Positions 16,609 to 24,924 of a stretch of 32,000 bases of DNA are shown here, piece after piece. The notes below the pieces were generated by a model that searched no databases, had not been told where the DNA came from, and saw only the letters and a list, made by a program, of their open reading frames with translations. The DNA comes from Lysinibacillus phage vB_LfM_LysYB2, in sequence record OP628076.1; one strand, given 5' to 3'. The translations under genes and the position numbers were made by a program. Each line of letters opens with the position of its first letter. The first letter of the stretch is position 1.

Positions 16609-17793
16609 TCAATTCACCCCCTCTATATACAATTTCATAGCGTCATCGTAGTGTTTATACAGGTCTGTAAATTGTTCGTTGTCTTTATAAGAGTTGTATA
16701 GGAAGAACAAACAAGACAGTTTCCACTGTGAATCCTTCATGTATCCCATAGCCTTAATGACTAAGTCAACATTACCAAGACGATGACCGCGGTAAGCTAA
16801 CATAGCAAGCAATGTGTTCTTGAAGTATTCATCTGGCGCACACAATACTGATTCCAATAAGCTAGTCGCTGAACGGTTATCAGTAATATACATATCTGTG
16901 TGAATCATTTCATCTAAGCGTCCGTTGAAGTATTCAGCCAGGAATCGGTTGAAGTCTTCAAACCCAAGCGTGATTCTTGGTTCGTCTGGGAATGTGAAGT
17001 GTTCTACTTCAGGAATCGGCTCATGCTCCCAGTTAGCGTCAGTTAGTTTGTAAGCTTCCATAATCTTGTCAGTGTTTCCCGCACCGTAGTCATCCAAATA
17101 AACGTGTAGAGAATCTGAAGTTGGACAGTACTTACCAACTGGAAGCCCTAACCAAGCTGCTACGGTTTCTTGAATCGTAGTGAATTGACATAGATTAGCT
17201 CCGAAAGTACCCCAGTGAACATCATTAGAGCGGTTAAACACTGTAAGGTCTAGTGCGTCAACGCCCTCTGCGTTCTCACGGATTTTAAATGTGAGAATAA
17301 GGTTACAAGGCGTATCTTTACCGCCGTATTCAGCATTATCAAACAACGGGTTGTAGATAACAGCTACAGCTTGACGAGAATACTTATCAGCCTGTAACTT
17401 CTTCAGCACGTCGTGCAGTTGGTCGATAGGGTTGAAAATGAAGTCTCGTGCAGAGTTGAAGTTCCAGTAACGTAGCCGTTCACCATATGGAGCGTTGAAG
17501 AACACGCCATCATCAGAGAATTGAGCCATATTGCTATTGTAGTGTGTTAACCACTCCACGTCAGCACGTCCAGCTAGAATCCAAAGAGCTTCTGCCATTT
17601 GGAAGAATGGGTTTACTTTACGCCCTTTCACGAACGTAACACGGTTCAAAGGGTTTGTGAACTCCAAAATAACTGGGCGAATCTCCTTGACTGCTTTACC
17701 TCTCGGTGAAACTGTCTGTCCCTCTTTGAGTGTAGTAGTTAGTGCGTCAAGGTACATCTGACTGGGGTTGTCAGATGAAAAAATGTTTGCCAT
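16609..17793 (-). CDS. thymidylate-synthase-fold enzyme, candidate dUMP hydroxymethylase
   Basis: 394 aa; TPCNLILTFKIR (catalytic Cys), NRSNDVHWGTFGANLCQFTTIQETVAAWLGL (Asn at the pyrimidine-recognition position), LHVYLDDY; adjacent hmdU-kinase-like gene. Confidence 0.75.
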   Translation of the reverse strand: MANIFSSDNPSQMYLDALTTTLKEGQTVSPRGKAVKEIRPVILEFTNPLNRVTFVKGRKVNPFFQMAEALWILAGRADVEWLTHYNSNMAQFSDDGVFFNAPYGERLRYWNFNSARDFIFNPIDQLHDVLKKLQADKYSRQAVAVIYNPLFDNAEYGGKDTPCNLILTFKIRENAEGVDALDLTVFNRSNDVHWGTFGANLCQFTTIQETVAAWLGLPVGKYCPTSDSLHVYLDDYGAGNTDKIMEAYKLTDANWEHEPIPEVEHFTFPDEPRITLGFEDFNRFLAEYFNGRLDEMIHTDMYITDNRSATSLLESVLCAPDEYFKNTLLAMLAYRGHRLGNVDLVIKAMGYMKDSQWKLSCLFFLYNSYKDNEQFTDLYKHYDDAMKLYIEGVN

Positions 17794-17823
17794 ATACTGT
17801 TTCCTCCTTTTCGTGAATCGTAT

Positions 17824-17854
17824 AAATAAAGGCGGTTTCTCAAAATTTTCTCCT
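17824..17854 (-). promoter_or_regulatory. SPO1-like middle promoter
   Basis: Minus strand AGGAGA-N18-TTTATTT, upstream of the ThyA-fold gene. Confidence 0.82.
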
Positions 17855-17863
17855 ATAATGTAA

Positions 17864-17891
17864 AAGTCCCGCCATAAGTATGACGGGACTT
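17864..17891 (-). terminator. intrinsic terminator
   Basis: AAGTCCCG...CGGGACTT stem then TTTT on minus strand. Confidence 0.75.
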
Positions 17892-17896
17892 GGTTG

Positions 17897-18127
17897 TTAA
17901 ACTGTCGCTAGTTCTCTGAAGAACTCCTGTGTTTTATGAACTTCTATAATTTCCATACGTTCTAACCACTCTTGGAACTCTTCAGCGTCCGTGAATACTT
18001 CCTCAGTAGTTACTACTGTGTTAGATACTTGAACAAACATAAATCCGTATCTTCCTGCTAGAGCTTTTATTTCAAGTCGCTCCTCTGTAGTAGTAACCTC
18101 AGCTACGAATGCTTGTAAATTTTTCAT
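17897..18127 (-). CDS. unknown small protein
   Basis: 76 aa; AAGGAGAAGTTAAA-ATG; downstream of P4. Confidence 0.7.
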   Translation of the reverse strand: MKNLQAFVAEVTTTEERLEIKALAGRYGFMFVQVSNTVVTTEEVFTDAEEFQEWLERMEIIEVHKTQEFFRELATV

Positions 18128-18182
18128 TTTAACTTCTCCTTTTCGACTCAGTTATTTTGTGGATTTCCTCACCCACAAATTA

Positions 18183-18211
18183 AGCATACTATAACTCAAC
18201 CACACCGTCAA
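18183..18211 (-). promoter_or_regulatory. sigma-A-type promoter P4
   Basis: Minus strand TTGACG-N17-TATGCT. Confidence 0.8.
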
Positions 18212-18245
18212 GACTTATTTCATGAAAATATCGACAAAAAGAAAA

Positions 18246-18265
18246 GGAAGCTTCAGAGAGCTTCC
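18246..18265 (-). terminator. intrinsic terminator
   Basis: GGAAGCT-ctctga-AGCTTCC then TTTTTC on minus strand. Confidence 0.8.
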
Positions 18266-18273
18266 CCATCTCA

Positions 18274-18486
18274 TTATTGCTTCATAATTCCAGCAGTTCG
18301 TAACTTCTCTAGTAAAGAGTTGAAGTCAGCTTTTAAGCCTTCAACGTCAGTAGCCATGCTGTCTGCTTGCTTTTCAACTTGAACTCCAGCTCCAACAGCC
18401 TTACGAACAGCTTCAACGTCGAACTCGCCTTCACCAATTTGGAATTGTTTTCCGAGACCAGGAACGTATTTACCAGCTTTGTCCAT
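18274..18486 (-). CDS. unknown small protein
   Basis: Start MDKAGKYVPGLGKQFQIGEG after AGGTGGTG; ORF track gives 18498. Confidence 0.65.
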   Translation of the reverse strand: MDKAGKYVPGLGKQFQIGEGEFDVEAVRKAVGAGVQVEKQADSMATDVEGLKADFNSLLEKLRTAGIMKQ

Positions 18487-18543
18487 ATTATTCACCACCT
18501 AGTTACAGATACTTAGTAATATTGGACATAGACATAAGAACTT

Positions 18544-19710
18544 TTAGTTGTTTCTTGGCTGTAACCAAGAAACATCTTCAGTGCGTAAGTTCATCTTCTT
18601 CTTTGGTCGCTTTCCTTTTGCCCAATCGTAGCCCTGCTCTGTAGCATAGTAGTTGAAATATTTCTGCGATTCACAGTACCAACCTTCCAAGCAGCGCAGG
18701 TCAAGCTCAGTCGTTCCTGGTTGGAACTTGTACTCAAGACCAAGTCTTGCTAGGTTGTGTTTGTAAGCAGCCACAGTCAGGAACACTATTTGCACATAGT
18801 TCAACCCCCCACGGTCTTCAAACACGTAGTCTATGCCCTTTTTACAACCTGGTCCAACGTTTGGATAATAGTCAGCAGTCCAAGTTACATAAGGTATACC
18901 AGTCATTTCAGTCACCATAGCTAGGTCTAGCGATACTTCATAAGCCGTAAACAGTCCAACAGCAGGAATCATAGTGAACTTGTCAATAACCGATTCCATA
19001 TTGTTGTCAGGGTTGAACGTGAATTCAGCAAGCTCGTCAAGGTGGTCAATAATAAACTGAATTAAGCAAATAGCGTTCTCTACTTTATCACTGCTGTTTG
19101 CCTTGTCTGGATTAGCTGATTTTAGGTCGTTTACAAAGTATGCATCCGTCCAAACTGTTTCCCCTCGACGTTTCATTTCTCTGACAGCTGCTTTGGCGTT
19201 TTCCCAAGCGTTATCAGGTGACTTTGAATCAATATAACCCATACGCTCCCAAGTGGCAGGACGCACAAATAAACGGTAAATAAACGTGTTCAACAGGAGA
19301 TACTTATTTGCGATTTCCATTTCAAGAGCGCCGTTGGATGAATTGTAGTCCTTCTTGTACGCTTCTAACACATTATCAATGTAGTACAATGTTACTCGGT
19401 CAAGCTTACGGTCAACGTTAGTAAAGTGATATTGACTCATAACAGGGTCTTCCGTCCAAGGCTTTGGTTGTCCTAACATAACACGCTTGTACCATATGTT
19501 TTGACGCTCTACAAGGTTTTCAAAGTACATATCCCAAAGAGTTTTCCCTGTAGCTGGGTCAACACGCAGTTTAACGTTCTCGTTAGGGAACTTGATGTAT
19601 TGTGGTTCCCAATGTGGTCGAATGTCCAGTTCCATAGACTTGAAGAACTCGTAGTCACTTACTTCCCCTGGATGTACAAATTGTTTCTTGTTTTCATTTT
19701 GAAGTCCCAT
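18544..19710 (-). CDS. aGPT-Pplase / 5-hmdU-kinase-helical-domain-like protein, putative thymine hypermodification enzyme
   Basis: 388 aa; FENLVERQNIWYKRVMLGQPKPWTEDPVMSQYHFTNVDRKLDRVTLYYIDNVL...NTFIYRLFVRPATWERMGYI matches the pattern of this phage base-modification family. Confidence 0.7.
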   Translation of the reverse strand: MGLQNENKKQFVHPGEVSDYEFFKSMELDIRPHWEPQYIKFPNENVKLRVDPATGKTLWDMYFENLVERQNIWYKRVMLGQPKPWTEDPVMSQYHFTNVDRKLDRVTLYYIDNVLEAYKKDYNSSNGALEMEIANKYLLLNTFIYRLFVRPATWERMGYIDSKSPDNAWENAKAAVREMKRRGETVWTDAYFVNDLKSANPDKANSSDKVENAICLIQFIIDHLDELAEFTFNPDNNMESVIDKFTMIPAVGLFTAYEVSLDLAMVTEMTGIPYVTWTADYYPNVGPGCKKGIDYVFEDRGGLNYVQIVFLTVAAYKHNLARLGLEYKFQPGTTELDLRCLEGWYCESQKYFNYYATEQGYDWAKGKRPKKKMNLRTEDVSWLQPRNN

Positions 19711-19720
19711 GTAATATCCC

Positions 19721-19990
19721 CTATCCTTTCAAACTACGTAGTATTTCCGCAACCAATCCTGCGATGTCTTTCGTCACATCACTTGAATTTTTCACAGAGT
19801 TCTCCAAAGAAGGACTTGTAAGCCCTTCAGAACTCTCCCCGCACATAGGCATACTTCCAAATAGTGTATCTTTCACTTCAAGAACCATTCCATACAGTTG
19901 GTTCAAGTTTTGATTGAGCGCTTCCGCTTGAGGTACTAAACCACCCGATGTAGGAACAGCAGTTTTTGCTGATGATGAACTATTATCCAT
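19721..19990 (-). CDS. unknown small protein within modification cluster
   Basis: 89 aa; GGAGGTTGAATAATT-ATG. Confidence 0.7.
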   Translation of the reverse strand: MDNSSSSAKTAVPTSGGLVPQAEALNQNLNQLYGMVLEVKDTLFGSMPMCGESSEGLTSPSLENSVKNSSDVTKDIAGLVAEILRSLKG

Positions 19991-19992
19991 AA

Positions 19993-20658
19993 TTATTCAA
20001 CCTCCATATTCTTTTTGATTTCTTCCAAGAACCAATTCAACGTTTCTTCACGCTCAATTACACTGTTGTCGGATTTCCAGCTGTTCAACCCTTCAGCTTT
20101 GAACTTATCAGCGTTACGGTCTACAGTGTTCCACTTGCTTGTGATAGCCTTTTCATCAACGGGCTTTCCGCCGTTTCGCTTCTGTACTCGGTCAAGAGCC
20201 GTCTGTAATGGTGGAACCAAGTTCATAATACCAATAGCTCGTTTTGGGTCATCACGAGTCTCAAGCTGCTTGAACAGGTCAGCGTATGTGGAGAAAATCG
20301 TTGAACTAATGACACCTTCCATAAGGATACTGAACGGTGTTTTCCAAAGTGCTTCCAATACTTCCTTAGTTTCATCATTCCCTTTGAAACCATCTAGCCC
20401 ACCCGTCTTTGTACGGTAGCGTCCCATAGCTACAAAGCCATATGAAGGGAAGCAAGTTGCTCGGTCTTTACCGTTCAATGTAAATATGAAAGCTCCGCGG
20501 TCTGCCGCAAAGAACGACAGAGGAATGGATGACTTGCCAGCTCCGTTACAACCTCTAATATTAATCAGTTTTAGGTTCTCTGGCATAGAGCCTTCAAAGT
20601 TTGCTACAAAGTCCTCTAGTGCCACCCGTTCCAGTTCTATAGGTTTTCTTTCCATCAT
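19993..20658 (-). CDS. P-loop kinase, candidate 5-hydroxymethyl-dU DNA kinase
   Basis: 221 aa; KLINIRGCNGAGKSSI N-terminal P-loop followed by ...GGLDGFKG..., ILMEGVISST; next to the aGPT-Pplase-like gene. Confidence 0.7.
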   Translation of the reverse strand: MMERKPIELERVALEDFVANFEGSMPENLKLINIRGCNGAGKSSIPLSFFAADRGAFIFTLNGKDRATCFPSYGFVAMGRYRTKTGGLDGFKGNDETKEVLEALWKTPFSILMEGVISSTIFSTYADLFKQLETRDDPKRAIGIMNLVPPLQTALDRVQKRNGGKPVDEKAITSKWNTVDRNADKFKAEGLNSWKSDNSVIEREETLNWFLEEIKKNMEVE

Positions 20659-20685
20659 TTCTCCTCCTTACTTGGTATACAACAT

Positions 20686-20716
20686 AAATAAAGCGTTATT
20701 TGTTTTCTTTACTCCC
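20686..20716 (-). promoter_or_regulatory. candidate SPO1-like middle promoter
   Basis: Minus strand GGGAGT-N18-TTTATTT, overlapping the 3' end of the upstream gene. Confidence 0.6.
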
Positions 20717-22615
20717 AATTTCAATTAGAGTCACGTTGCTATCGCCGTCCACAGTGATTTCGTTGAGCACTTTTAGGTTCAATTTCCACCCAGTTGAGAA
20801 TGTGTTTAGTCGTTCCAAGAACTCCTTACGGTAGTTATCAACCACATACCAACGGTCACCTATTCTACGATAGTGTCCAAGAATCTCCTCGTATTGTTTA
20901 GGCACTCTCTCCTTCAATAGCTCCATTTCCTCGTGGTTGAAAGAGGCAAAACATACCTCAACTTGTGAAGTCCAGTTCTTCACCATATCGACCACCTGAA
21001 ACACGTCATATGGCTCTACAACTACTGGTAGTATAGGAGCAACTTTCAGAATTGTGAATACTCCGCCGTTGAAACATCTTATGAAACTGTCCATAAGAAC
21101 CTTTGGACTAGCAGCGCCAGGATATTGTACTTTCCATTTCTTCTCTTCAAGAGTGTTCATACAGATACGGATTTCACTATTCTTGTTGCGACTTAGAGCT
21201 TCCACAGCCCAGTCAGGTACAGCATTGCGAGTTTCCATAGAGAATGGTATGTTAAGCTCCACACAAGTATCCACAGCCATTTCTGTAGCGTGTCGTTTTA
21301 CCTCTCGATAATGGAAAGGCTCGACAGGGAAATAACAGAAGTCAATTGTGTTCTTCTCCCAAGCCTTGCGGATTTTCTCTGGGAATGTTTTGTCAACACG
21401 CTTTCTTTCTGTATACACGTAAGGGTCAACAACCATAATTCTTGAGCTTAGAGCTGTTATCGGACTTCTCACTTCAGCCTTCACAGTCTCTTGTTCTTCA
21501 GGCTCTGGTTCTGGTTCTGGAGCAGGTTCTGGTTGTGCTTCAGGCTCTGGTTTCTTCACAACCTTTCGTTGTACAACATTGTTGATGTTGCCTCTAATGT
21601 CCTTGATTTCCTTTGTAGCGTGGTCTGGGACTTCTTCAACTCCAGTCTTGCCCTCTTGCACAAACAGCTTCTTCATTTCTTTTCGAATATCGTCCCATCC
21701 ACCAACTTCTCCAAGTAAGGATTCATGGAACAAGAAGGAGCGCATAGCATAGCACATATCCCAAAGCTCTTTGTCTTGTGGATAACTTTGTTCGTACTTC
21801 TTAATGTTACCAAGCTGTCTATCGTGATGGAATCCTCCGTAGCGTGAAGCCTTGAACAGGTTACGGAAGCTACACAGCTTTCCTACCACTAAAGGCACGC
21901 TTGACTCTTGTTCTGGATAACGTTTCTGTATAGCTTTCTGTATATTCTGGATTTCAGCGTTGAGTAAGCTGAAGTGCTCTGGAGCAATCTTGCCTGTTTT
22001 ATCAAACTGGTCAGCTTCCTCGTCCATATACAGAACGTTAAATACAGCAGAGGTTAGGTTGGCACAATTCTTCCAATCAAGCTCCGCAGGTTGTTCTAGT
22101 TCCAAACTTGTACGCCCTAGTTTGTTGAACGCTATAAGCATTTCCAAGAACAAGTCCGCTGCGAATCGTCCAATGTAACGAATTTTACGAATGGCTTTCT
22201 CAACATGTTCGTATGTTTCAACCACGTCCTCCTCCCAGAATGCTTTCAACCAAGCAGAAGGGTTGGGAGCGATTATTTCAGAAAAGCTCTTTAACAAAGG
22301 TACAAACCAGTTTTGGTTTTTAGCGTGTTTTCTAGCTGAACCAAATATCAGGTTCGGTTTGTTCTCCGTCCAGAATTTCTCAAGTGATTCCTCAGTCATA
22401 GTTCTCCAGTCTATCTTTTCAAACATATAGATAGCTGTTATCTCTGAATATGTTACGCACATAAGCCAAGATAGGAAAATACAGTCATCTTCATCTAGCC
22501 CACGACGGTTGGCATATTCACATAGCGTTATTGGATGGATTGAGCGAACTCTGTGTTGATATTCTACAAATCTATCTAAGCGCCAAGGGTATCCAGTATC
22601 ATGCGGAATTTGCAA
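20696..22615 (-). CDS. fusion protein: ADDT-like helical domain plus SPL-like/radical-SAM-like barrel without the Fe-S motif; putative hypermodification enzyme
   Basis: ORF to 22621; GGAGGGATGACA-TTG suggests start at 22615. Helical IFGSARKHAKNQ...KIRYIGRFAADLFLEML, Pro/Glu-rich linker PEPEAQPEPAPEPEPEPEE, then VEPFHYREVKRHATEMAVDTCVELNIPFSMETR...YPGAASPKVLMDSFIRCFNGGVFTILKVAPILPVV. Confidence 0.6.
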   Translation of the reverse strand: MQIPHDTGYPWRLDRFVEYQHRVRSIHPITLCEYANRRGLDEDDCIFLSWLMCVTYSEITAIYMFEKIDWRTMTEESLEKFWTENKPNLIFGSARKHAKNQNWFVPLLKSFSEIIAPNPSAWLKAFWEEDVVETYEHVEKAIRKIRYIGRFAADLFLEMLIAFNKLGRTSLELEQPAELDWKNCANLTSAVFNVLYMDEEADQFDKTGKIAPEHFSLLNAEIQNIQKAIQKRYPEQESSVPLVVGKLCSFRNLFKASRYGGFHHDRQLGNIKKYEQSYPQDKELWDMCYAMRSFLFHESLLGEVGGWDDIRKEMKKLFVQEGKTGVEEVPDHATKEIKDIRGNINNVVQRKVVKKPEPEAQPEPAPEPEPEPEEQETVKAEVRSPITALSSRIMVVDPYVYTERKRVDKTFPEKIRKAWEKNTIDFCYFPVEPFHYREVKRHATEMAVDTCVELNIPFSMETRNAVPDWAVEALSRNKNSEIRICMNTLEEKKWKVQYPGAASPKVLMDSFIRCFNGGVFTILKVAPILPVVVEPYDVFQVVDMVKNWTSQVEVCFASFNHEEMELLKERVPKQYEEILGHYRRIGDRWYVVDNYRKEFLERLNTFSTGWKLNLKVLNEITVDGDSNVTLIEIGSKENK

Positions 22616-22649
22616 TGTCATCCCTCCGAAAAATTATTGGTAATCAGAT

Positions 22650-22681
22650 AAATAAAGGAGCTAATACAAAAGTTTACTCCA
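22650..22681 (-). promoter_or_regulatory. candidate SPO1-like middle promoter
   Basis: Minus strand TGGAGT-AAACTTTT...CC-TTTATTT, spacer 18-19. Confidence 0.55.
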
Positions 22682-22692
22682 TATGTACAAGA

Positions 22693-22722
22693 AATGGCAG
22701 AAGCCCGTAAGCTCCTGCCATT
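22693..22722. terminator. hairpin, possible bidirectional terminator
   Basis: AATGGCAG...CTGCCATT with inner AGC/GCT pairing after stop of CDS 22726. Confidence 0.5.
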
Positions 22723-22725
22723 ATT

Positions 22726-23154
22726 TTATTTTTTATATGTTTTCTTGATGGCCATAACCAGTCGCATTTTCTGAATTCCAGGGTTTTCAAACTTCTTACA
22801 AGTTCCCCCTCTCTCTTCAAGGTGTTTCCATAGGTCTTCTTCAGACCAACCCTTGAAGTCAGGCATACCATCTGGTTGTTCTGCTTTCTTCTTCTCAGCT
22901 TTTTCTTTCTTAGAAACTTTAGCATCCACTTCGTTGTCAGATTTCTTCTGCTCAGCTTGTGCCATAGCTTCTTTTGTCTCTGGTTTTAGAGACTTGACTT
23001 GGTCAAACATACGATTTCCTGCCGTTTTTGCAGCACACTCTTGTTGTATGTCACAACCCTTACATTCCTTAGCATCTGGGTCATGAGCTATTCCAAAGCA
23101 AGTTGAACCCTCCAGCTGTTCCAACAATTTTGGGTCAATTAACATCATATTCAA
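22726..23154 (-). CDS. unknown; N-terminal Cys cluster and SAP-like C-terminus
   Basis: 142 aa; CFGIAHDPDAKECKGCDIQQEC; C-term GWSEEDLWKHLEERGGTCKKFENPGIQKMRLVMAI; TTG start after GGAGG. Confidence 0.7.
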   Translation of the reverse strand: MNMMLIDPKLLEQLEGSTCFGIAHDPDAKECKGCDIQQECAAKTAGNRMFDQVKSLKPETKEAMAQAEQKKSDNEVDAKVSKKEKAEKKKAEQPDGMPDFKGWSEEDLWKHLEERGGTCKKFENPGIQKMRLVMAIKKTYKK

Positions 23155-23172
23155 GCTGTCTCCTCCCTATCC

Positions 23173-23766
23173 TCAAGCCATTCCAAAGGCAACCGCTGCC
23201 TTTACGCGAATTTCCAAAATTCCAATATCAAATTGTTTTTGGGTAATCCCTAGCGCTGCACGAATGTGTTTCATACGTACTTCATTAGTCTTTGGAACGT
23301 TCACGTTCTTTCCCCGACTTCTTTGAAACTCCTTACGAGCTTTGTCAGCCCACACTTCCCAGATAGTACGCGGTGAAGGTTCGATAAGTTCTTGTAGGAT
23401 AGCTATTGCGATTGGGGAACACAACATAGTCTTCAGTTGTTCTAGTCCCTCTGATGTCTCAAATGATTCTGTAAAATCCATGTCGTCACTTTCCAAATCA
23501 ACGGCTGTTTCTATATCTAGCGTCATAGATGGTTTAGCTCCACGTCTTACTGCCCGAAACAATGTAGTACTGAACACATGTTTAAACTCTTCCATAGGCA
23601 AATTGTTGTATCTGTCCCAACAATCATACAGTTTTAACATACCAATTTGGTACAAATCCTCAACACTTACAGAGTTATCCACGTGGGTACGGCTCATATA
23701 AGTGTTCTTCGCAGCAAACTTAACCAGATTCTCAAACTGTCCTTGTACTTCTTCCCAAGCCAACAT
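23173..23766 (-). CDS. divergent RNA polymerase sigma-factor-like protein
   Basis: GGGGGAGAATTTTAT-ATG at 23766 (MLAWEEVQGQFENLVKFAAKNTYMSR...VSVEDLYQIGMLKLYDCWDRYN), region-2-like. Confidence 0.6.
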   Translation of the reverse strand: MLAWEEVQGQFENLVKFAAKNTYMSRTHVDNSVSVEDLYQIGMLKLYDCWDRYNNLPMEEFKHVFSTTLFRAVRRGAKPSMTLDIETAVDLESDDMDFTESFETSEGLEQLKTMLCSPIAIAILQELIEPSPRTIWEVWADKARKEFQRSRGKNVNVPKTNEVRMKHIRAALGITQKQFDIGILEIRVKAAVAFGMA

Positions 23767-23818
23767 ATAAAATTCTCCCCCGTCACACATATAAATTTTT
23801 GCCCAGAATCTTCAACAA

Positions 23819-24100
23819 CTAACCATTTAGTTGCTTTAAATCAGATAGAGCCTTGGACAGGTCGCCCATAAGAATCTCTGTGTCCTCAGGATTAAAATGG
23901 AATCCTTTGCCCTCCATCCAAGGCTCTTCAGACGATTTTCTCCACCACTTCTGCACAGAAATGGCTTTTTCTCCGTTCTTTTCGATAATCGCTGTCTTGA
24001 TGGATTGCGTACGTGATTTGACTTGGTCGCCAATCACCGCAATAAGTTTGACATTCTCATCGGTGAATTTCATTTCATTGTTCATTGTGTTCTCGCTCAT
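23819..24100 (-). CDS. unknown small protein
   Basis: 93 aa; GAGAGAAACACT-ATG. Confidence 0.65.
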   Translation of the reverse strand: MSENTMNNEMKFTDENVKLIAVIGDQVKSRTQSIKTAIIEKNGEKAISVQKWWRKSSEEPWMEGKGFHFNPEDTEILMGDLSKALSDLKQLNG

Positions 24101-24130
24101 AGTGTTTCTCTCCCTTAGTTTGTTTTCTTC

Positions 24131-24331
24131 CTAATCCTCAAAGTCAGTATCGAAGGAAATCTTATTTTTCATCCTCTTCAACAATTTGCACATTTTCATA
24201 AAGGTGTTATAGTCCACACTAGAGTTCACATCAACTACATCATTCACCCTGTCATAACTCAGCTCGGCTCCGCATTCACTAGCTATGACTATACGCACCT
24301 CATTTTGTTCCACATTCAGTTGTGTAGCCAT
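24131..24331 (-). CDS. unknown small protein
   Basis: 66 aa; GAGGAG upstream of ATG. Confidence 0.6.
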   Translation of the reverse strand: MATQLNVEQNEVRIVIASECGAELSYDRVNDVVDVNSSVDYNTFMKMCKLLKRMKNKISFDTDFED

Positions 24332-24363
24332 ACCTCTCGACTCCTCTTAGAAACCACCTTGAC

Positions 24364-24924
24364 CTAATGGTCAAGGAAGTTCTTCATTGATTCCCGAACC
24401 CTTATGGATTCTTCTTTGTAGGCATCACGTTCATTCCTATAAAAGTCGCGTTCGGACTTGTAAAAGTCACGTTCGGACTTGTACAAATTACGTTCCTCTG
24501 TACATAGGAGAAGTTGCTCTTCAAGGAGCTTTATGCGCTCCTCAGTTGGGTCAATATCTGTTACTTTGTCGTTTTCTGGGTTTATTGGTAGGTTTACCTG
24601 CTTCCGTACTACCTCAACATCGCCCTCTTGCTTTTTGTGAGCTGTTTGTGCTTTCTGGTCTTCTTCGTTTTCTGTATCTAAACCCAGAAAGCCAATACTA
24701 GTTTGTTCAACAATAGGTTTCCAGTCTCCACGTTTGTGAAGACGGCTCAATCTGCCCCAACGTTGTTTAACCCCATTAATACTTCTGTCCCCACCTAACT
24801 CTTCAGCTATCGACAGAAATACAATAGACAAATCGAGTCCCAACGTTTTAGCTTCTGTAACTTTAGCGAATATAAGATTGTCTTCCTCAGGCGTGTATCT
24901 GTGGCGTGCTTTCTGTTCTGACAA
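24364..24924 (-). CDS. SANT/Myb-like DNA-binding protein with repetitive coiled-coil tail
   Basis: RHRYTPEEDNLIFAKVTEAK...ELGGDRSINGVKQRWGRL; tail (RDFYKSE)n; GGAGG-TAATGAAC-TTG. Confidence 0.7.
   Translation of the reverse strand: MSEQKARHRYTPEEDNLIFAKVTEAKTLGLDLSIVFLSIAEELGGDRSINGVKQRWGRLSRLHKRGDWKPIVEQTSIGFLGLDTENEEDQKAQTAHKKQEGDVEVVRKQVNLPINPENDKVTDIDPTEERIKLLEEQLLLCTEERNLYKSERDFYKSERDFYRNERDAYKEESIRVRESMKNFLDH
24430..24501. repeat. approx. 21 bp in-frame tandem repeat
   Basis: Encodes YKSERNLYKSERDFYKSERDFYRNERDAY heptads. Confidence 0.75.

Noticed and set aside
22674-22925. Minus ORF of 83 aa
   Set aside because: Overlaps CDS 22726..23154 in another frame, includes the terminator hairpin, and has low-complexity sequence.
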